Shown: in pieces, positions 53,923 through 64,000 of the stretch | How the letters are laid out: each line of letters opens with the position of its first letter | Numbering within the stretch: position 1 is the first letter of the stretch | Source: Lingula anatina | Lineage: Eukaryota; Animalia; Brachiopoda | Length of the DNA stretch: 64,000 nucleotides | Direction of reading: 5' to 3' | Assembly (NCBI GenBank): GCA_051362555.1 | Contig: CM120643.1 | Coordinates: forward strand, 17,178,848 to 17,242,847 | Position numbers and translations under genes: made by a program | The notes under the pieces: generated by a model | The model's input: the letters and a program-made list of their open reading frames with translations, nothing else | The model's database searches: none | What the model was told of the DNA's origin: nothing

Positions 53923-55595
53923 ATGGACAAAAAAACCTTGATCGCTTTTCTCTTGGTGACAATGCTCATTATTGACTTGTTCGCCGATTCGGAGGGTAAG
54001 TTGGCCAACTATTATTTGTATCGTTTGGTATCAATTTTTGTCTATAATTGATAAAATAAATGCTTACGTGTAGAAAACCATGCGTGTATCTATCATTACC
54101 CAACGTTTCCATTCCATATGTCATAAGTGCCATATCATTTGTTGATATCCTCAATCTTTAGCTTCGACCCGCCGCCGTCGCCGCAGCCGCCGTCGTCGTC
54201 GTGCAATGGGGGATGAATCAGAAGGGATCCTGTCGAAGGAGGCTGATCAGTCGGATAAAGACGTAAGTTCCTCGTCATTTCATTAGTATTAGCCTAAACC
54301 AAAAGCCATGCCTCTGCAAGAAGAATTTCTGTTTATTTAGTAGTACGCGTACAGTAGGAAGCAAAGTCAAACATTTTGATATCCGACACAGCTAATCTCC
54401 ATCGATTGGACTGACACGAGAGTAACAGAGCTTCAACATTTGCTACTGTATAATTATGTGTTAGTTTAAAATGGAAGTCCGCCATAATGTTTGTATCGTG
54501 GAATGTAGACTTTTCTTCGATGTAAACTTGCCATAAGAATAAGACTTTCTCTACACCAATTCTCATCACTTATCAGTAAAAATTATTCTTCAAAATGGCT
54601 TGTATAAAAAGAGCTTGGAGCCGGCGCATGAAAAGGTCGGGTAAATGGTACCCAATCGTTTGCAGCAGGGACGTTGCAAAAACTCAAATATTTATATGCC
54701 AGTGGTATAATATTGAATCATGTGGAATTTCATTAGATAGCAATATGCTTTAGGATTTTGTCACCCTTTGCCCAAAACTCCTAATATACTGCCTTACATA
54801 CATTCTTCTGGGTAATAAATAAATCTTTAGTGTTCAGTGTTATCTTACGGGTGACGTCATAATTGCAATTTTGATGTAAAAACTGAAAAAGCGGTTACTC
54901 AAATTTCTCTTTTACCTGAGCATCCACGATCACCGTTTCAATGCCGATTTAGTGACACCATTTAGTACTCCAAAACCCTGCCAGCGATTTTCTTAGAAGT
55001 CTTATATGATTTTTTTGTTGATAAACCAAAATATGCCTTTGTTTAAGGAAAATCTGTAATTAGGGGCTCAGAACTCCATAACAAAAACATTTAAACCAAA
55101 ATGACAGCACGGGATTGTTGCCTATAGACTTCTAATCAACTCTGCCAATATTTCGTGATAAAATCTTGTTTGGAGATGAAGTTACACGCCCTACATTTTG
55201 CTATCTCACCTCAAAATCGAAAGGTGTTAAACTGACGATTAAAACTTTGAGTTGCCTATGCTTACACATTGCAACGAAAAATAATAAACGCCGATATTTT
55301 ATATTTCGAGGTTTTTTTCGTTGTTTTAAACCAGTACAAAGACAGATGCATGATTGAATAATCAGATGCAGGAAAAACCTCATTAATAAAGGGTTACAGT
55401 AACCTAAACATATTTTTTAAAACTTTGACTGAATAATTCATCCACGCGGAAAGCTGATCTAGAAGGAGCTAGGTAACTACTGATACCATGCATCTTTTTC
55501 AGGAGGGTACGCTGACCAACCTGGTGGCCAAACTAAGAGACCTTGATGCGGACGAGGACGTAGAAGATGATGATGACGATGACGGTGACGAATAA
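53923..55595 (+). CDS. Secreted poly-Arg/acidic-tail peptide precursor, copy 2, 88 aa
   Basis: Exons 53923-53995, 54162-54262, 55503-55595: MDKKTLIAFLLVTMLIIDLFADSEA-STRRRRRSRRRRRAMG-DESEGILSKEADQSDKDEGTLTNLVAKLRDLDADEDVEDDDDDDGDE*. Candidate polyA signal AATAAA at 56356. Confidence 0.87.
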
Positions 55596-56794
55596 CGTAC
55601 ACTGAGTTTCAGCGAGAATCAGACGTGAGCCTAGCAACTGTTTTCCATTTCACGGACCTTGAGACATTTGAATCACTAGAACAGTAATCAAATTAGTTTT
55701 ATCATAGTATACAGTCTGATCATATGCGCCGTTGCTACTAAATGTTAGCCAAAGACCACCAATGAAGTTCAATGAAATTCAGGGTAGTACCATTCAGCTT
55801 CGGATTTGTCAAACATAAATTACATTGTTTAACTAATTCAATATTATGTCACAGAAGCAAAACGGTGCAGTTACCAACAGATAATAGTGGGCGTGGTCTC
55901 AGTGATTGGCAGAACTACATTCTGGTCGATTTACGATATCCACATTATTTGGTAATGTCAATGCGTGTTGTGGATATCTTTCATTTTGAATCCACTCTCA
56001 TTAAAGTAGTGATACACATCGCGATCCAGTAATACAAAGCAACAAAAAAGCCTTTTCATCAGGGATATCGATGCTTTATGTTACAAAAAAATTTAATCTT
56101 AATAAAATGAAATAACAGTCCTTAGAAAGTGGCAAACTAAAAGCTGCCCATTTCTGAGATCTTCATTTGATAACATCAGCTCGCAGAAGGTTGTTCCTCC
56201 AAAATATGAACTTCTTGCGTAAAATTGGATACTTCAGAATGTTGGTTTAATGGTGTGAATATAGATAGTTAATGCTTTTGTTTTCTTAAGTTGGCTGCAA
56301 TAATAAATTGACAGTTTATACTATTGTACTAAAAGTTCCATTGTCTTTTCTGATGAATAAACTGCAACTTTATTTCATTCAGTTTCTTGATTATTATATT
56401 TGATGCGGTAATGAAGACCACTGCAATTTCTATAGAACCATAGGCCCTAAGGACCATAGAATATACTAGTGTTTTGTACATAATGTATATATGCATATGT
56501 CATACACCGCGATCCTTTCCATTTTCCTTTATGCTTGAAGAATGTAATCTGTTGACGACAGACAGTGATGTCAGTGAAAGTGCCCTGTGCACCGCTCTAT
56601 GGATCAGCACTCTGATGTTGACAATAGGCTCTTCTGGTTAACCGCGTAAAGTAATCGCAGTCACGAGGCATGGAATCACCCAAATGGGAATGAATGAAAA
56701 GCAGAATAGCTCATCCCTCAAAATTAATTTTCTGCTACTAGGCATGAATACACCACCTCCAGCTATTGCTCCTGGTGCACCAATATGATCACAG

Positions 56795-57850
56795 AGGGTA
56801 ACGAACGAACGAAATGGTACCGAAACCTGTTTTGTGACATTTTATTATCATGGCACTTCATGCAACTTGATCACAGAGAGAAAACAAAGTTCAAGCCTCG
56901 TCCTTTTCTTATTCACGCGAAAATAAGAATAAGACTTTTTCTACACCAATTCTCATCACTTATCAGTAAAAATAATTCTCCAAATTGGCTTGTATAAAAA
57001 GAGCTTGGAGCCGGCGCATGAAAAGGTCGGGTAAATGGTACCCAATCGTTTGCAGCAGGGACGTTGCAAAAACTCAAATATTTATATGCCAGTGGTATAA
57101 TATTGCATCATGTGGCATTTCCTTAGATAGCAATATTCTTAAGGATATTGTCACCCTTTGCCCAAAACTCCTAATGTACTGCCTTACATACATTCTTCTG
57201 GGTAATAAATAAATCTTCAGTGTTCAGTGTAAGCCTACGGGTGACGTCATAATTGCAATTTTGGGGTAAAAACTGAAAAAGCGGTTTCTCAAATTTCTCT
57301 TTTACCTGAGCATCCATGATCACCGTTTCAATTTCGATTTAGTGACACCATTTAGTACTCCAAAACCTTTCCAGCGATTTTCTTAGCAGTCTTATATGAG
57401 ATTTTTTTGTTGATAAACCATAATATGCCTTATTTAAGGAAAATCTGTAATTAGGGGCTCAGTAGTAATGAAGATCAGTGCAATTTCTATAGAACAATAG
57501 GCTCTAAGGACCATAGAAGAAACTAGTGTTTTGTACATAAATGTATATATGTATATGTTATGCATCGCGATCCTTTCCATTGCCCTTTATGCTTGAAGAA
57601 TGCGATCTATTGACGGCAGACAGTAATGTCAGTGAAAGTGCCCTGTGCACAGCTCTATGGATCAGCACTTTGATGTTGACAATAGGCTCTTCAGGTTAAC
57701 CGCGTAAAGTGATCGCAGTCACGAGGCATGGAATCACCCAATGGGAATGAATGAAAAGCAGAATTGCTCATCCCTCAAAATGAATTTTCTGCTACTAAGG
57801 CATGAATACATCGCGTCCAGCCATTGCTCCTAGTTCACCAATATGATCAC
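56795..57850 (+). pseudogene. Exon-less remnant of a peptide gene copy (promoter + intron 2 + downstream flank)
   Basis: Promoter-like sequence to ~56921 is fused to intron-2 sequence (matches ~54535-55070). That is fused at ~57462 to the downstream flank (matches ~56408-56790). All three exons are missing. Confidence 0.8.
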
Positions 57851-57912
57851 AAATCTCATTGTGAAAACGAAAAATACACCTGTATATTGCTCTAAATAAA
57901 TAAAACAATCTG

Positions 57913-57914
<2 letters not shown>

Positions 57915-57960
<46 letters not shown>
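57915..57960. repeat. (AT)n microsatellite
   Basis: Directly visible. Confidence 0.95.
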
Positions 57961-57964
<4 letters not shown>

Positions 57965-58835
57965 CAGTATAACGGATGTTTCCCAAACAACCTGTACTTA
58001 AACACAGTTAATACATTTATTTTCATCCTGGAATCCACTGAAACGCCTTTAATTGTAGCCTTGACAAGGCTTCTTATGATACCTTTTTAAAATAGAAAAA
58101 AAAGCAAAGAAAATCGTGCAGTATCAAACATAATAAGTTAAAGTCTCATTAACTCCATTGTTCAATTACGTCAATAGTATATGTGTAGGATAAACGTCTT
58201 TAGTATTTTTAAATTAAAAAAAAAATCCTGATTCAAGATGCATGTAAATGTATGATTACACTTTTTATTTATTAATTGCAAGTTCGAGGGAATATGTCTT
58301 GGGGGATGTTATATAAACATTAACAAACATTATAACGACCAACAGATGTACCCCCCAGCCAACGCCCAAGGATGGCACTTTAAACCCATCACCTGTAAAT
58401 GAACTCGAAACCCTAACCAATATAACCAATTGGAAGGCGGACTTTCTGTTACATGGACACTCAGTATCTGTACACGGGAAGCTTTGGCCCATCGGGATGA
58501 ATTGTGGTATAGATAAAGTGCGAGGCGCTGAGCTTTACGCCAAATAGAGCAGATAAATGGCGAGGCGAAGCCGAGAAAAGTATCTGCTCTATTTCGAGTG
58601 GTTTATCTGGCTTAATTAAAGCACGGTTAATCATCCCTGATAATGACTAATTAAACTGACAGAGTGTCACCTTGTCACAATGCAGCACGCGAAACGGGTA
58701 AATAATAATGATAAAAATGATTTTATTTACATCTCAAGTTTAAAAACAAAACCCACCCTACTGAGGGTAATGAGCAGCGGCGGATCGGGGTGGGGGTGGG
58801 GGGGGGGGGTGTGGAGGGGGGTCTAGCGGGGCAGG

Positions 58836-59220
58836 GGGTAACGAACCAACGAAATGGCACCGAAACCTGTTTTGTGACATTTTATTATCATGGCACTTCA
58901 TGCAACTGGATCACAGAGAGAAAACAAAGTTCAAGCCTCGTCCTTTTCTTATTCACGCAAAAAGTTATGTAAGCAGGGCGTGGTTAAGTGGCCTTATAAA
59001 ACGAGGCGTTAGTTTGTGGAAACTTCACAACTCCGTTCAAACTGCTCCTCAGTGTGACGGGCTTGCAACATGGACAAAAAAACCTTGATCACTTTGCTCT
59101 TGGTGGCAATGGTCATTATTGACTTGTTTGCTGATTCGGAGGGTAGGTTAGCCAACTGTTATTCATATTTTTTGGTATCAATTTTTGTCTATTATTGATA
59201 AAATGAATGGTTACGTGTAG
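58836..59220 (+). pseudogene. Peptide gene copy 3: promoter + exon 1 (59070-59142) + start of intron 1 only
   Basis: MDKKTLITLLLVAMVIIDLFADSE-G|gtaggt. Similarity to copy 2 stops at ~59220, and I found no plus-strand exon 2 downstream in the window. Confidence 0.75.
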
Positions 59221-60384
59221 TTAGTTTGGATCAGCACATTTCTACAGAAGAACGAAGTAAGGCAAGATCACCCTTTGAACAATTCAATACTAAACAGAAA
59301 CGCTTCTACAAAAGACTACACGAAAAGTGGGCTTTCCCAGATCTTTTGGTCGTTAATGTTGATGATGAATTCATTTTAAAGGAATATTTTCATATTTCAT
59401 ATTTCGAATATCCAATTAAAAAGATAAATGTGAATAAAACGAGCCCAATGAGTAAAGTTATTTTGGTTGTAGTACGAAAATTAGTAGTACCAATGTGTAA
59501 AAATTAAGTAGGTAAATTCACACCTGAGCCTATTACTTTTCTTTGGATACGGAATGGAAAGGATCGCGATGCATAACATATACATATATACATTTATGTA
59601 CAAAACACTAGTTTCTTCTATGGTCCTTAGAGCCTATTGTTCTATAGAAATTGCAGTGATCTTCATTACTACATCAAATATAATAATCAAGAAACTGAAT
59701 GAAATAAAGTAGCAGTTTATTCATCAGAAAAGACAATGGAACTTTTAGTACAATAGTATAAACTGTCAATTTATTATTGCAGCCAACTGAAGAAAACAAA
59801 AGCATTAACTATCTATATTCACACCATTAAACCAACATTCTGAAGTATCCAATTTTACGAAAGAAGTTCATATTTTGGAAGAACAACATTCTGCGACCTG
59901 ATGTTATCAAATGAAGATCTCAGAAATGGACAGCTTTTAGTTTGCCACTTTCTAAGGACTGTTATTTCATCTAATTAAGATACAGTTTTTTTGTAACGTA
60001 AAGCATCGATGTCCGTGATGAAAAGGCTTTTTTGATGCTTTGTATTACTGGATCGTGATGTGTATCACTACTTTAATGAGAGGGGATTCAAAATGAAAGA
60101 TATTCCCAATACGCATTGACATTACCAATATTGAATTAGTTAAACAATGTAATTTATGTTTGACAAATCCGAAGCTGAATGGTACTATCCTGAATTTCAT
60201 TGAACTTCATTAGTGGTCTTTGGCTTACATTTAGTAGCAACGGCGCATATGATCAGACTATATACTATGATAAAAACTAATTTGATTACTGTTCTAGTGA
60301 TTCAAATGTCTCAAGGTCCGTGAAATGGAAAACAGTTGCTAGGCTCACGTCTGATTCTCGCTGAAACTCAGTGCTCAGTGTACG

Positions 60385-61993
60385 TTATTCGCCACCGTCT
60401 TCGTCATCATCATCTTCTACGTCCTCGTCCACATCAAGGTCTCTTATTTTGGCCACCAGGTTGGTCAGCGTACCCTCCTGAAAAAGATGCATGGTATCAG
60501 TAGTTACCTAGCTCCTTCTATAGATCAGCTTTCCGCGTGGATGAATTATTCAGTCAAAGTTTAAAAAATATATGTTTAGGTTACTGTAACCCTTTATTAG
60601 CAACCAGATACGAAAAACGAGGTTTTTCCTGCATCTGATTATTCAATAATGCATCTGTCTTTGTACTGGTTTAAAACAACGAAAAGAACCCTCGAAATAT
60701 AAAATATCAGCGTTTATTATTTTTTCGTTGCAATGTGTAAGCATAGGCAACTCAAAGTTTTAATTGTCAGTTGAACACCTTTCTATTTTGAGGTGAGATA
60801 GCAAAATGTAGGGGGTGTAACTTTATCTCCGAGCAAGATTGTATCACGAAATATTGGCAGAGTTGATCAGGAGTCTATAGGCAACAATCCCGTGCTGTCA
60901 TTTTGGTTTAAATGTTTTTGTTATGGAGTTATGAGCCCCTAATTACAGATTTTTCTTAAATAAGGCATGTTATGGTTTATCAACAAATAAATCTCATATA
61001 AGACTTGTAAGAAAATCGCTGGCGAGGTTTTGGAGTACTAAATGGTGTCACTAAATCGGCATTGAAACGGTGATCATGGATGCTCAGGTAAAAGAGAAAT
61101 TTGAGAAACCGCTTTTTCAGTTTTTACCCCAAAATTGCAAGTATGACGTCACCCGTAGGCTAACACTGAACACTGAACATTTATTTATTTCCCAGAAGAA
61201 TGTATGTAAGGCAGTACATTAGGAGTTTTGGGCAAAGGGTGACAATATCCTTAAGAATATTGCTATCTAATGAAATGCCACATGATTCAATATTATACCA
61301 CTGGCATATAAATATTTGAGTTTTTGCAACGTCCCTGCTGCAAACGATTGGGTACCATTTACCAGACCCTTTTATGCGCCGGCTCCAACCTCTTTTTATA
61401 CAACGTTCAAGGCATTTTGTAGAATAATTTTTACTGATAAGTGATGAGAATTGGTGTAGAGAAAGTCTTTACATCGAAGAAAAGTCTACATTCCACGATA
61501 CAAACATTATGGCGGACTTCCATTTTCAAACTATCAAAATGTTTGACTTTGCTTCCTACTGTACGCGTACTACTAAATAAACAGAAATTCTTCTTGCAGA
61601 GGCATGGCTTTTGGTTTAGGCTAATACTAATGAAATGCCGAGGAACTTACGTCTTTATCCGACTGATCAGCCTCCTTCGACAGGATCCCTTCTGATTCAT
61701 CCCCCATTGAACGACGACGACGGCGGCGGCGGCGGCGACGGCGGCGGGTCAAAGCTAAAGATTGAGGATATCAACAAATGATATGGCACTTATGACATAT
61801 GGAATGGAAACGTTGGGTAATGATATATACACGCATGGTTTTCTACACGTAACCATTTATTTTATCAATTATAGACAAAAATTGATACCAAACAATACAA
61901 ATAATAGTTGGCCAACTTACCCTCCGAATCAGCAAACAAGTCAATAATGAGCATTGTCACCAAGAGCAAAGCGATCAAGGTTTTTTTGTCCAT
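60385..61993 (-). CDS. Secreted poly-Arg/acidic-tail peptide precursor, copy 4 (inverted), 89 aa
   Basis: Exons 61993-61921, 61754-61651, 60477-60385: MDKKTLIALLLVTMLIIDLFADSEA-LTRRRRRRRRRRRRSMG-DESEGILSKEADQSDKDEGTLTNLVAKIRDLDVDEDVEDDDDEDGGE*. Lies within an inverted duplication ~59553-62130 of ~53790-56520. Confidence 0.87.
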
Positions 61994-63199
61994 GTTGCAA
62001 GCCCGTCACACTGAGGAGCAGTTTGAACGGAGTTGTGAAGTTTCCGCAAACTGACGCCTCGTTTTATAACGCCACTTAACCACGCCCTGCTTACATAACT
62101 TTTTGCGTGAACAAGAAAAGGACGAGACTTAAGGCCAGAAATGCGTAGCATTCACGCGATACGCGAGGGCGCTACAGTAGGGCTTCACGTGACTCAACTA
62201 GCCAATCACAGCACAACAATGGCATCGCACGCAGACTCTGTGATAAGTGCTCAGCCCATTGTCAAGTAGTGTTAGTTCATGGTAACAAGTGTCTGACATG
62301 TGCAGAGAAGTTTATTGTAATATATATTGTTCTTATTGTTACATTATTAAATCTAACTCTGTATCCAAGTAGTAACTATACTGTACCAAGTCAGGTACTG
62401 ATGATGTGCAGAGGTCATATAAGCCATTACCACTAATTTATAACTTTAATTTTGTTTAATATGTTATTCATGAAAGATTATTTTTATTTGTTAAATCGTG
62501 ATCTTATTCTTTTTATATTTAAATAATTGAATAATGTGGGTAAAATTGGTCTTCCACTTCTTATTTGCATTTTTCCTTTACTACAAGATTATTTTGGAAC
62601 AGTTGCAGCATTAAAATTTAAAATAAATAGCAATCTGAAAGATTGTCAGTCAATTTATGTAGAATCCGATAATATATTTGAAAATACTGATTGAATTCTT
62701 GGCCTTGCACTGGGCAGTTTCACATTTGTGCCAAGTGCTGTTTTCGGACTCCATTGTACAGTGGTAAAAGTTCTTCAATTGCCATGAAAGTTTTTAATCA
62801 GACTCTGTATGGTGCTGCTATCTGCTAGTGCTATCGGCAACGAATTAGTTTGCCTTTGTTTCTGAGTGAATCTACCGTCTAAAAGGAAAGTTTGGCGTAG
62901 TCAAACGACATTTTATGGCGACAACAATCTCCAGAGCTTAGTTACGCACATGTGCATTCTGCACATGCTCAATTGTAGTGGGGGCCTCTTTGCAACCCCA
63001 CAAATGAAATTTGTGCAAAATTATTGGTAAATAATAACTTTTGCTGACTCGTCGCATCATAATTTTTAGGATGATGAGTCTTATTGAATATTTGATATAT
63101 AATTTTTATCCCTAAGGCCATAACATTTAATACAGGCAACAATTTGCTACATTGTTATTATTGTTAAAACGATTAGGATAGAGGGGTTATATAATAAAA

Positions 63200-64000
63200 G
63201 CGGATGATGACGCCTAGGAGGGTGACGAATGACAAATGACGCTGAGACTCGAGTCTCAGCGAGGACCAGACGTGGGCCTAGCAATTGTTTTCCGGTTCAC
63301 GGACCTTGGGATATTCGAATTACTAGGACAGTAATATAATTAGTTTATATCATAGTAATCAATCTGATCATATGAGCTGATATTACTAAATGATAGCCAA
63401 AGACCACTAATGAAGTTCATTGAAATTCAGGGTGGACAATTCAGCCTCAGTGTCAAACATAAATTACATTAACTAATTCAATATTATGTCAAAGAAGTAG
63501 GAGGGCGTGGCCACCAACAGAGGCAATGTTGGGCGCGGTCTCAGTGATTGGCAGAACCACAGGCTGGTCGATTTACTATATCCACATTCTTTGGTAATAT
63601 CAATGCGTATTGTGAATATCTTTCATTTTGAATTCACTCTCATTAAAGTAATGAAACACAGTTCGTTCGAGTTATACACACCAACACAGATATCAATGCC
63701 TTATGTTACAAAAACACCTTTATCTTTAAAAAATAAAAGTGGCAAACTAAAAGCTGTCCATTTCTATGTATCTTCATTGGACACCACTAGGTCACAGAAT
63801 GCTGGTCTGCCGCAATATAATATGAATCCCTTGCGTTAAATTGGAGACTTCAGAATGCTAATTTAATGATATGAATATAGATAGTTAATGCATTAGTTTT
63901 CTTCGGTCAACTACAATACGAAATTAACAGTTTATGCTATTGTACTAAAAAATCCTTTGTTTTTTCTGATGAATAAACTGCTACTTGTGTCATTCGGTTT
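63200..64000 (+). pseudogene. Remnant of a further peptide gene copy: end of exon 3 and 3' UTR
   Basis: gcggatgatgacgcctaggagggtgacgaatga (ADDDA*EGDE*) followed by ~750 nt alignable to the copy 2 3' UTR, including tgatgaataaactgc. Confidence 0.75.

Noticed and set aside
58542-58594. Hairpin aaatagagcagata...tatctgctctattt with a gcgaagc loop, possible ncRNA
   Set aside because: More consistent with a fragment of a palindromic non-autonomous DNA element; no other RNA gene features.
59226-59507. 93-aa ORF at the breakpoint of copy 3
   Set aside because: TTG start, no motifs, and no similarity to family exon 2; treated as inserted filler.

Overview
AT-rich, intron-containing animal genomic DNA, probably a marine invertebrate (lophotrochozoan-like gene content; species not determinable). 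It holds two convergent intronless paralogous class A peptide-type GPCRs (4.8-5.9 kb +, 21.8-22.9 kb -). A multi-exon divergent non-RD Ser/Thr kinase (-, 28.9-33 kb) lies head-to-head with a 7-exon nicotinic acetylcholine receptor alpha subunit (+, 35.0-42.5 kb), which carries a young LINE with a 15-bp TSD in intron 2. From 44.5 to 64 kb there is a tandem/inverted cluster of a small 3-exon secreted-peptide gene family that the ORF track largely misses. Three copies look intact (82, 88, 89 aa) and encode signal peptide + poly-arginine core (up to R12) + Gly-Asp junction + strongly acidic tail; at least three further copies are truncated or deleted. The architecture resembles cationic host-defence or toxin precursors with an anionic pro-piece, but I do not recognise the family. 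It is the main candidate for a novel system. Exon boundaries were read by eye from GT/AG sites and frame continuity.
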